A DNA stretch of 64,000 bases from Pelomyxa schiedti (lineage: Eukaryota; Protista; Evosea), in NCBI GenBank assembly GCA_020536535.1, contig JAHLWZ010000427.1, forward strand, positions 20,922-84,921, read 5' to 3'. Under the pieces are notes generated by a model that saw only the letters and a list, made by a program, of their open reading frames with translations, was not told where the DNA came from and did not search any database. Each line of letters opens with the position of its first letter. The first letter of the stretch is position 1. The translations under genes were made by a program, and so were the position numbers. Below are positions 26,707-38,106 of the stretch, one piece after another.

Positions 26707-29276
26707 TCAGTTGGAATCCAACACACCACAACCTCCGCAGGTAGGAGGAGGAGTGGGAACTTTGTTGATCGGGATCGGGATCAGATTCGAGTTCAGTTTG
26801 TCGTCACCATTCTGATGTCAGGATATATATGTTAGTGAGACTCATCACAAATATGGATGGATATAATATTCATACCGGGTAAATGGATGAAGCTCGAAAA
26901 GGAGGCAATACAAACTGCCGAGATGACGCACCACCACCACGTGGAGCAGGAGTGGTAGTGGTAGGAAGCAAGGTAGGGTGGTCCTGAGGGGTTCTTGCCT
27001 TGGGAGGGGATCTGCGGATGAACGGTACTTTCTCGTTGTTGTTGTCGGAGGCAGGAGTACGAGGAGGAGCAGGAACTTTGTTGATCGGGATCGGGTTCGG
27101 TTTGTCACCATTCTGATGAAAGGAAATATGTTAGTTCGAAATGAAATGGATGATATATATTGATACCGGGTAAATGGAAGAAGCTCGAACTGGAACTGGT
27201 GGCGGAGTCCATACAAACTGCCGAGATGACGCACCATCACCACGTGGAGGCAATCCACCATCACCAATCGGTGTGGCTGTAGGGTGGTCCTGAGGGGTTC
27301 TTGCCTTTGGAGGAGATCTGCGGATGAACGGGACTTGGTTACTGTTGTTGGAGGCAATGACCACTGTTGCTGGGGCGGTTCGACTTGGTGAAATTGAAGG
27401 TGTTGTTGCCGCCTTTGGTGTTAGTGCTGGAGTTGAAATTGAAGTTGTTGATGAAGGCAACACCAATGGGTTGGTGGTTGTGGTTGTGATTGCTGGCACA
27501 GGTGACAGCGACGGCGTTGTGCTGTAACCTCGAACAATCATAACACGCGATGGGCCCACAGAAGCTGGTGGTGACCGTGGTTGTGGTGATGGGTTTGAGG
27601 ACACCACCGCCTGCTGCCACCACCGCTGCCAATCCCCCAACAGAGGGCTTCTGGACTGTTGTGCATGAGCAACAGCAGCAACAGCAGCAGCGGGAGTGGT
27701 ACTCTTAAGATTCCTCTTGGTCTGGAAGGTGCTGGCCACCTGGGAGATCTCCTCACTGAAGAACAACAAGGGAATTTGACAACGCTGTGGTTGTCTCCGC
27801 GGTGCTGCTGGTGCTGGTGCTGGTGCTGCTGACCGTGACCGTGGAGGTGACCCACCATGAACTGCTGGAACTGGAACCGGGGGTGGAGAAGGCGGCATCG
27901 TCGTCGTGATCATGCGTCGTCGGACTTGGTGCGGAGCAGAAGAAACGGCAGGTGTTGTATTGACCGTGGCACAACCATAATGTCTATTGAGCTCTGACCT
28001 AGTAGCACCAGTAAAAGTAACAGTACCAGTACTAGCAGTGGTCGCAATCGCAGCAGTAGTGGCATCAGTTTCAGTATCAGCAGAACTGAACAAGAAATGA
28101 TGCTGCGAGAAGAAAGAGCGCACGACAAACAAGTGTACACGGACGGTCAATAGCAATATTACGCCGCAAATCCAACCGGGGATCAAGACGAACAGGCTGT
28201 GGAAGACAAATAAGGCATGGCGAGCCGCAGTTGCCGCATAGTGCGTGGATTGGCGGGCAATCAGGCGGAGAAGAAGACAAAGGCTCCTTCTCGTCGAAGT
28301 GCACACCCGCGTAGCACACCAGACAACATGAGCAGCCGCGCACGAAGAGGTCCTCCACGTCAGCAAGGCAGCGCGCAGAGCGAAACCCGGCGAACGACGT
28401 ATCAGGAACAGGATCGTCAGCAGAGCACCCAGCACCGGAGAGTTGATGACGACGGAGACGCAGTGGGCCAGGGACACCATCACCACGAAAGCTTCCCTGA
28501 GCCTGCGCATTGGATCGTGGACCCAGCTCAGAGGCCACATGAACGTGACGATGGCCGCTGGGAGCTCGACCCACCTTCTTCTTGCCAGCAGCACCGCTTC
28601 TCCGAGTGAAAGCTTCCACCGGTCCTTCATCGGCGTGTTGCTCGGCGGGAGTGTGCTTTCGGCATAGTCCAGCATCCACTGATCGTGGCGAATGTGCCAA
28701 ATCAGTCGGTAAGTCGTCCCAGCTGCAAAGTTGAATGTGGCCATCAGGACTCGACACCAATCCTGTGGTTGTTGTGAAATGTGAGCTTCATTGTCAAAGT
28801 ATTACTATTATCCTCATCAAAAACGAGTACATCAAATTAGCATTAATTCAATAAATTGTGTGGTGGGTGATGTGTTACAAACCTCCAAGACGGACTCGTC
28901 TTCCTCTTCGTGATTGTTGTTGTTGGTCCTCTGTTTCTCATTGTGGCCGTGGTAATGGTTCTCGACTACCGCTGCCGCTGCGTTGTACTCCTCAGAAGCA
29001 TCATAATCGACATCACCCTCCCGAACAACAACCGTGGGGAATCTGCGTGTGTGAGGAGAAGAAAGCGGGTCAGTTCGCGTGACAACCACCACGAAGAAAA
29101 AAAACACGCGACAAGGAGAAGAAGAAAAAACGACGAACACACAACAAACAACACAACACAACGTACATCGTGTCGCCGATGATTGCGACCAAGAAATGTG
29201 CGACGGCAGTCAGGAGCCACAGCGCCAAGCACGCTCGCAAAAACGTACACGCGATCAAAACGATGAACGAAAGCAT
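26707..29276 (-). CDS. Uncharacterised membrane protein with Pro/Thr-rich tail and tandemly duplicated 3' exon (copy 1)
   Basis: Hydrophobic N-terminal exon (MLSFIVLIACTFLRACLALW...). 1.6-kb exon with several hydrophobic segments then a P/T/S-rich region. Phase-0 introns join two copies of VPFIRRSPPKARTPQDHP...ASSRQFV...RASSIYP and a terminal exon NGDDKL...LDSN*. Confidence 0.6.
26749..28979. repeat. Direct segmental duplication, copy 1 (partner 61720-64000)
   Basis: Near-identical sequence in the same orientation from aggagtgggaactttgttgatcggg to ctcgactaccgctgccgct, with scattered substitutions and in-frame indels. Confidence 0.95.
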
Positions 29277-30449
29277 GTTGCTCTCTCTGTGTTGTCACTG
29301 ATATATACGCGATGGATATATTGCGATAACTCTCTCTGTGTATACGATCGGCTCGAGCGAATGCAAAAAGGTAATTAAAGAGAAAAAATGGTTTTCCCTT
29401 TCAACGGCCCTTATAAACTGCGCAGGGGAATCGAAATTTTCTTTATTTGCAACTGATCCCCTTTGACATCAGTGCCCTGCTCAGTTGTAAAAAAAGAAAC
29501 CATCAGAGAGGGTTCCCTTTTTTTTGTCCTTATTATATCTCTAACTTTCTAAAAAACAAACGCAAACATCCAATCTTGTCTCAAAGACTGAGATTACACA
29601 ACAACAAACAAACGTTGCCAAGACCGTGAGTTCCCTTTTTGCCCTCCCTCTCAGTGTAACTTTGTGATCATCATCATTTTTTTTACGTTTTTTTTTTTCA
29701 TTTCGAGGTGCTACTCGCGGGATTGTTGCCTGTTAAATTGCTCCACAACTCTTGGATTCACGCTCCTTGACTTTTCACCAGTTCACCCCCGAAAACAGTG
29801 CGATCAGGTAACATGGTCTTTTTTTTTTCTTTATTCAACAACACAACAATGCATATATCCTCCCTTCCCTTGCGAATCACTTTTCCCACATCATCCCACC
29901 AACGGCAACAACAACAACAAACATAAAGGCGAGTAACTCACCTTCAAAGACACAGATATACATTGTTTTATCTCCGCTGCAACCGGCGCTTGCTTGGCCT
30001 GATGCCAGACGTCGTGCCTTGATCCACGGTACATTCTCCCATAATCCGCCACCCACTCACGTGCAGTCGCTACCTACACCTCGTGGGTGCTGTGACCTCA
30101 TCGCCTTCGTATCTTTCATCCCAATAACTCAAACACAGAGACTGGTGCGTGATTGGAAAAGAAGACTGAATGTGGGATGCTTGAAAGTTGTTGCGAGTGC
30201 AAGCGCAAAGTCGTCGGCACACTTCTTGTATTTGTATTAATTTATTTTAAAAAAATGAGAACAGGGTTGAGGTTTTTAAGTCCCTGGCATTGGTCTCGGG
30301 CACATCACGGTACCCCAAAAAAACACCTTCCATCTTGGCTTCATGAGATCTGTGCGCTTTTTCCCGATCTCTTGTTGCAAGTTTTGTAAATTTCCGAAAC
30401 AAGCAATGCTATTGCCCGTAGAGGGGCACTATCAAATAATACTTTAGTT

Positions 30450-33046
30450 TTAACATACAAAGTCGTAAATTGCGTAAGTGAGGAAGGTGTCTGGTTCTGG
30501 GCTGCTGAGCATAACAGAAGTCCGGCCAACGACTACCACCTTGGCGGTGTGCCACCACACACCGTCCGCACCAGGCTTGGCTGGAAGCACATAGCTGTGA
30601 GGGTTGTTATTTAGGATCACGGGATTGACGGGAGTAAACCTTTGCCCTCCGGTGCGTATCATCACTTTCTTGCCTTTCTGGCATTTGACAGCAAAGATAT
30701 AAGGTCGGTTTGCTTGCAGAGGATTACATAGTGGAGACACAACTACAAATGGCATATCCACACTGTTTGATCAAGTGAGAATTGAGGTGGTACTTGTATG
30801 GAGATTAGCATACGAATAAAGCCTTGGCAATTTCATATCCGCGGCTGCATCGAAAGAGCAATCAATGGAATAATTGTGGACACACACTAGGTGTTGCTTT
30901 CCAACCAATAAGGAAAGTACATATGAACCCCGAGCAGGACAATAAGTTAAAATTTCAAAATGCTGCCCACTGCATTCACTTGTACAACAGCAAAGTTGTG
31001 CTATGGCACATGGGTGATCAGGATCCCCTATCATGACATTTAGTTGGGTACCGGTTGTAATCTATTTTTATGAGTTTAAGGTTAATACCGGCTTCAACTT
31101 CACGTGTACCAACAAGCGCATAGAGCTTGGCAATAATACCAAAGCCATCCTTCGCCCTTGCCGTAATTTTTAAGGGTGTGTATGGTTTGTTTGCTACAGG
31201 GCTGTATGTAATGGATGTAACTGTGGGATGGGAGAGGAGTGTGAGAGTGAGCTTTCCTTCTTTCACACGTCTTTCAACAGTATGAGGGGAAGGTCTCTTT
31301 ACTCTTTCTTGTTTATGTCCTGTAGTTTTGTTGGAAATAAATTTTCATCACTTTCAATGAATACTGACCTACAACTTCCAAGAATTCCGTAGGGGAAAGG
31401 GGTTCCCATCCTTTAGAAGTTTCAATCACAGGATCTGCCCACTTTGCAAGAAGTGTAGGAGATGGCAAATTGCTAGCCACCTGATGGAACATGAATAGGT
31501 AAGTAGATTATGAGTTTGCGCACGTCTTCGGAGGTCATACTTCCAGCAAAGTCCATGACAGTCAGAATTGAATGTTTGGTGTGAGTGCCAACTCCAATTC
31601 CGACTCTTGTATAGACTGGGTTTAAAAGTGTGTGTCTATGGCCTCTTCCTGGAACATCATCATCCACCAATAGATGAAGTAAAATAGACTGAGCTTTGAG
31701 ATGTAAGTTTTAGTAAAGTACAGATAAAACCGACCAGTGAAGAACCCATATTCAATGCACTCTCCAACGAGAAGTCCCCATTTACCATGTCGAGAGATTC
31801 GCATTTCTATGGTGCTGCCATCAGTGCCTATGTGCCCGTTTAACCCATGCAGGCCTAAATCTAGTTAGGAGAGTAGATTTGACATGGTAAACAACCTATA
31901 TCATTTACGTGGTCCCGGCAGGCAAGTGAAAGAGCAGTCGAGTACGACAAAGGAGGTAAACGTGATCCAGCTGCTTCGAGATCAGAAATACATTCACGTA
32001 ACACCTTTTTGCCTTCGGTGTAAAACATTGGAGGGTGCCCAGGCATATAGGCAGTCTGAGTGTATTACCGTGTATTGATTAGAATACTATCAGAGAAGTC
32101 GTGTACCAACATTATTGCACATGCTTTCAATCAGAATCTTAATAAGACCTGCATACTTGGCAGGGTGGTTGCGCATAATATTGGTTTCATGAAACAGAGC
32201 AGATTCCAGGGAACATGGATCCGACAGAGCAGCTCTCTTCGCTTCATCTGAAAGTTTTTAGGTTAAAATAGCACAAGGGGGAAAATGCCTTGTGGAGAAA
32301 TTGGTTGGTGGCCACGTGGGACACTCGAGGCCGAACTGAGAACATAGTTAGAGCAATAACACTGAGTTGAGCTTTACGCTAAGGGAGAGGGATTCTGTCT
32401 TTGCCCAGGGACTGACTTGGTTGGAGTAGATTCCCCACAGCTGGAGGAGATGCCTGGGGACCTCTTTGGATAAGAGGAAGAAGTTGTTGTGGTTGTGGTG
32501 GTTGGAGGTCCCCTCAAACTCGATGGGGGGAGGGGAGCCGGACGGGTGGGGCGAGGTGGCAATGGAAGAGGTTTGAAGAAACGTGGTGCGGCAACCGTTG
32601 CTGGGTGAGAGCGTGGGTGTTGAATAGGTGGGTGTGGGAGAGACGATGATGGTTGTGTTACAATTTCACCGGTTCTTATTTCTTCTACATCCTGGTTTTT
32701 TATTATATAAGAGCAACATTCAATAAGTGAGAGAGCTAAAAATCGATAGAGTTAAAAAGAACAAGTACCGCACCGAAAGAAGTGCCGTGAGTGTTTCCAA
32801 AGCGCGCCGCAGCGATGATGAAGGAGACTTCGAGCCAAGAGCCTCCCTTAACGCCACCAGCGTAGCCGAAGCAGCTGCTTCGATCGACGTCAACTTGTAC
32901 ATAGGAACTATGTAGCCCGCGATGCCGCCACCTCCTCCCAGCGTAACTTCTTCTTCCGAGTCCTCGCTGAGATCGTCATCTTCGGTAATAATCGGCGCGC
33001 TGGAACTCAAAGACGTACAGCTGCTGGTCAGTGCCGCCTTCGACAT
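30450..33046 (-). CDS. Intracellular CAP/SCP-domain protein with C-terminal KY/hillarin-like Ig repeats
   Basis: CAP motifs: ESALFHETNIMRNHPAKYA, TEGKKVLRECI, LSLACRDHVNDIG, GHIGTDGS..RISRHGKW..VGECIEYG, VDDDVPGRGHRHTLLNPVYTRVGIG. C-terminal CPARGSYVLSLLVG and VVSPLCNPLQANRPYIFAV. No signal peptide. Confidence 0.72.
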
Positions 33047-33290
33047 TATGCCTTGTTACGTAAAAACCGCTGCTACGTCGCGACACGCCGAGATCTCAAA
33101 CGCCAAACCCTTTTTTTTTTTGTTTTTTTCTGTGGTTCGCCGCTGAAAGTTCACATTTTTTCGATAAAGCAGGGGAAATAATTTACATTCGGCTACGATG
33201 ATGCCGGGATCTCAGATCCTCTTGAGAGCTGGTGTGGTGGTGAGACGCAAAAGCGACGGTGGTTTTGGTTTTTGCTTTGGGTTTTTTTTT

Positions 33291-36210
33291 TTACAAATCT
33301 TCCATTGCTTTGGTAATCATGTTTTGTACCACAGTTGCCAACCACACAAGTTTGGTATTGGTGGTAGATTTGTGCTTCTGGAGTTTGGACAAAATGTCAA
33401 ATGACATAGCTGCTCGGAGCTGTGCACAGTTGTTGTGGAGCTATTTTGTTGTTTGTTGTTTGTTGGGGATATGAGTTAAGGAGGAGTGATTGGACTGGAT
33501 GGAAAAAAGAAAAAAAACCAAGGTTCCAGTTGCAATGACTAGTGTCAAAGTAATTTTCTCGTTGGACTCAATGTTTAACATCTTGAGAAGGGACTGTAAG
33601 TTACACAGTTCTGTTTGTAGTGGGTTTTGCAAGACCTTATTAAGCAAATGGAGAACAGACAAGGCTGCAGGAATGGATGATGACGCTAAACTGAACACGT
33701 TTGGAGTGTGCTTGCAGAGTAAAAAGTGGCCGGAACATACTTGAGGAGGATGCAAGAAACAGCTGCTCGTATAGACATTTCTTCAGCAAACTGCTCTGCC
33801 ACCCATTGGACCATTTCCAAAATTTCCATATTTTCATAGATACATCTAATAAAGAAGCTGTATCTGTACCGCCAGTGTGAGAAAGAAGGATGGTTTTTGG
33901 AGTGAGATAATACCGGGCAGCATTACAAATTATTCTCAGGAATACAAGGTGGTTTTGTAACGGGCCTTCCTTGGGAACCAAGGCAAGGCATCCTTATAAT
34001 ACTGAGTAAAATTGTTCAAATTTGAATAACTTACTTGGAAGTAGTGACTTTCCTAATGTGTACTGAAGGAAATTGGTTGTGTCTGGCAATGATAGAAGTA
34101 TTCTGAAGATATCCAAAACTATTATTTATCAGAGAAGAAAGATACACAATGAATAGAACCTGGGAATGCAATCTGCCAAGGGAAATCCAGCATTTTCTCC
34201 ATAGGTAGGCGAGACAAGATTGGAGAAACACGACTGTCACCGACTTCACAGTGCGGCATTAATGCCACAAGCTCGGCAATTGCACTTTCCTCGGCAAAGG
34301 AGAAGCGGTGTTTCTGGCTAGTGATAAATAACAAGCAAAGGTTTGGGTCGGGATACCATACTACAATTTGCGTTGTATTCGTGCAAAACGTTAATAAAAT
34401 TGGATGGCAAAGGTTTTCCCATATTAGCGAGCTGTGTCTAAAATATCTACGTTAATATAATATCACAATTCAATTAGACAACATTTGGTATCCATGTATT
34501 TTCTTGGGTTCTTATTCCTGTAGCTGCCCTTTCTACAGCTTTGGCAATGGCTGCAGGACTGGTAAGAATTGAAATTACTTGTCAGTTGTAAAATATACCA
34601 TTTCTCATGTGTATTTCAAGTTTGGTAGCAAATTGAGGCATTGAAGCAGTGGTGAGTTTGTGCTTTGTGAGAAACTGCACAACAATAGTACCAATGTCAT
34701 CTGAGAATGTGTTGATACATGCCTTTCAACCACTTAGGTACAACAACGCCCATTTATCAAACCTGTGAAGTTGTAGGGCAAAAACAAAATACGATCAGCC
34801 ACAACAAGAGGCACTACTAAATCATAGTATTCATTATCATCTGGATTCCGTTCTTTTTCCCATGCTAAAATCACAGGATTAACCAAGTGGAATTATCCTG
34901 TTAGTAATACATGCAACAATTTCTTCATGGGACAGAGGGGCGGAAAACTATAAAGAGATTAAAAAGAACCCTGGTTATAACTTCTATAATATTTGTGTTT
35001 AATTTTGAGTTTCTTGCAAGTTTATAGGTTGAGAGCAGATAACGGCACACCATAGATCTCAGTTGAAAGGTGGTCATTTGAGCTATCAAGGATTGTATTT
35101 TTGGAGGTTTTATTGGATCTCTTAAGCGCACATAGGCTTGTAGAAGCTCTCCGACATTTACGTCTGGTTGTTGCTGTTCCACATTATCGGATAGAAATAA
35201 AGCTGGTAATTCAGTGAAAGAATAATCCGTGCCAAGGTATGTAAGTAATGGTACAAAGTGAATCTAAGAGTCAATCAGATTTATCAGACTCACACCGGGT
35301 TCAATTACATGTTGCTTATGGTTCCATGCCAGAGGGATTGGTCTTCCAAAGCACTCTGAAGCGTTTCTACGTAGAGGTAGAAAGGTTGCTGTCACACCTC
35401 CCCCTCCTTCCCCAAAAATAACCTTTTGGGTTTAGTAAAAAACCACATGAATTACTGACGAGCTTACATCCTCTTCGCCTCGGAATATAATTATTGGGCG
35501 CTGAATTGCGTTTGCCAGAGCCTGCACATGAATAAATTCAAGGGGTTCATTGGTCTTACTTGCACGTTGCAAGTGCTGCAGTATTTTTTTTTTTTTTTTT
35601 TTTTTGGTTAACACTAACAAAAATTGAAACATGTGCTACCATCTCCCATTCAGAGGCCAGGACTTTGGGGAGATACCACTCCTTGTATGAGGTCATCTCA
35701 TCAGCCATTAAAGTTCTTAGGTTGTTATAATACATTTCAGTTCCCCACATTGCCATGGAAACAGCATGGAGCAGGCAATTACCATCCCCAGTGGTATGAA
35801 AGGGTACAAGCACTTGTGGGATGGCATCTTGGTCTCCCTGCCGAAATCGCCCAGAAAGATATTGCTAACAGATTGTGTGAGGGGAAAGCCTCAAAGATGA
35901 TGCCATTAAAACACATACAAGGGCATCCGAATCAAGCAACTGGTTTGTGAATCCTCTGCACTGTTCTGGTAACTAAGGTGCCAAGTAAGTGAGAATGGAA
36001 AAGCACAATAACAAACAAAAAAAAAAAAGAGAAAAAAAATGGAACCTGAAAAGTGGTGTCGGTCTTATCCGGATCACGCCCCAGAAGTTTGAACAGTTGA
36101 CAAAAAATACACATCTTCTGTCACCAATTCCGCCACCTGCTGTCTAATGACCTTTCACAGATCTGGCTTTTTGGGTTTTTTTTCGAACCACTTCGGCCAT
36201 CAAACGACAT
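33291..36210 (-). CDS. VCPIP1-type OTU deubiquitinase fused to PFU-like and PUL-like domains
   Basis: OTU: LVPFHTTGDGNCLLHAVS, FIHVQALANAIQRPII, ATFLP..PIPLAWN..HFVPLL. PFU-like: ILFLPYNFT..DIGTIVVQFLTKHKL. ARM/PUL-like C-terminus: RLPMEKMLDFPW, LRIICNAAR, LVIATGTL. Start codon unresolved (~36110-36210). Confidence 0.78.
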
Positions 36211-36255
36211 CATCAAGAAGAGAGTTCCTTGTTTTTATTTATTTTTTTTGGTGCT

Positions 36256-37926
36256 CTAGTTGGTTTTCTTCTGCTGCTGTTTTTGTTGGTCCAGATTGGT
36301 CTCATGTGCAACCTGTGGTTTAGTGGAGAATCCTGAATCCATATATTTGCACAGGACTAGGTCAGTCATGATCCAGGGTGATACAACAAGCACAGTGATA
36401 GCGGCTGGGGCCACAAGGGTAACACCTATGGCAGTGATGGTTTGTGTGCTGGTGGTGGTATACAGGGCAGTGAGCAGAACAAAGGTGACAAACAGGATGA
36501 GAAGCTGGACACAAAACAACACAATCTGGTTATTGCCCAGGATGATATCCACATCCAGTGGTGATTGTGTGGGCTTATGTTGATGCTGTTGTTGTTGAGG
36601 GGTTGTAGGTGCGTTTTTGGTTGTATTATGGGTGGTTGAGGAGGACGGTTGAAGTTGGGTTTCAAAGTAGGCCGCACACGCGTTCTCTTCCAATAAGAGC
36701 AGAATGATAGCGGCGGCAAGGCTCCCCCAGAGGAGTAGTGATGCTGCCTCGGTGATGTGACCGGCTCCAAATATTCCTAGCATGGATTCACCCAAGCGCC
36801 AGATAGCATTGAAATGCATTTCACAGGAGGTTGAGTCTGGGTCCCTTGGTGCGTAACTAAAGGTTGCACTGGCGGATTCAGACATCATTATTGGCACAGA
36901 GGACGCGTTCCTCATACACTGCCAGAGCCATACTAGCACGAGTACTGCTACACACGACAGTGATGGAAACCACAATATGAAATTAAGTTGTGAAATGTAG
37001 CTGTGTTGAAGGATGGACTCATCTGACGGGATTTGAGTGGTAGTGACTCTATTAATTTGGGTAGGAGACCACAATTGAAAGCGTCGTTTGCCTGAAACGG
37101 CGTCAGTACGTGGTTTCAGAAAGTAATGTATATACTTTGTTGCTTTGTTTTGGTCTTCAGAGATTGCGAACTTGACTTCTGTGGTAACTTGGGTAGCACT
37201 TGTGTACTTGGAGAGTCATAGCGCATCAACCCTCTACAGCACAACCACAATACAATACTGCACAATAGTACTGAAACGTAATACACTAATATCAGACTGT
37301 AACAAGATAGCACCGCTCCCTCAACAGCAGATAAATCAATCTCTAGATGAACCGTGTTCCCTTCAGGAGAGAGAGAGAGTTTGAAATAGAAGGAAGAGGG
37401 TTTGTTCTTACTTAACAACAAGAAGAGCGTCAACGTGATACCAACATGAGCTGCATCTAAAAAACCAAGCTTGACAAATTATAATCAATAGGTACACGTG
37501 AGGTTCTACACACGAGTCTTCACATGTGACATGAACAAGGTTATCACATGGCGACCAATATACTGCAAATTTCGCTTCTCCTATTGAAATATTAATACAC
37601 AGGTCTTAGTCACAATCCATTAGATTATATAGAATAGGTTTTGATAGCTAAAGTCCCAAACTAAATTGTACATTGCCATCGACCCATAATGCAGTTGCGG
37701 TGTCATAGCTCGGCCAAACTACATCCAAAACGCACGCGACAATGAAAACAACGCAACAGATGCACGTGACGTCGTCGCGCAACAGCCACCACCAACCGTC
37801 GTCAGCTCCCATAATTTCCCCCCGCGCTGCGACACCATTCGTCACCGCGCCTGCTCCCAATGAGACTGAGGTCAAAAACAACGCAGCCACACACGCCAGG
37901 AGAGCGCGACAGTTCCCCTTCATCAT
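36256..37926 (-). CDS. Uncharacterised multi-pass membrane protein (signal peptide, small ectodomain, ~5-6 TM)
   Basis: Signal-like MMKGNCRALLACVAALFLTSVSLG. TM-like stretches YSLILVYYVSVLLCSIVLWLCC, FILWFPSLSCVAVLVLVWLW, LLLWGSLAAAIILLLL, IVLFCVQLLILFVTFVLLTALY, AIGVTLVAPAAITVLVV. Some exon joins are unresolved. Confidence 0.5.
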
Positions 37927-38106
37927 CGACACCAATCCCCGGTTGTGCCCAACAGGATAGATAGATGGCCTGATTCTCTTTTAGCTTGTTGATGGCTGAA
38001 CAGGGACGACTTACTCTCAGTGACCAGTACTCTGCTGAGTCACAACTGTCCGGCGAACAAATAGAACTGAGTTCTGTTATTAGCATCAACGAGGGATTTG
38101 TTTGTT

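Noticed and set aside
26749-27360. Tandem units as a possible CRISPR array or transposon terminus
   Set aside because: Units are ~270-300 bp, coding plus intron, with no unique spacers. No cas, transposase, TIR or LTR evidence.
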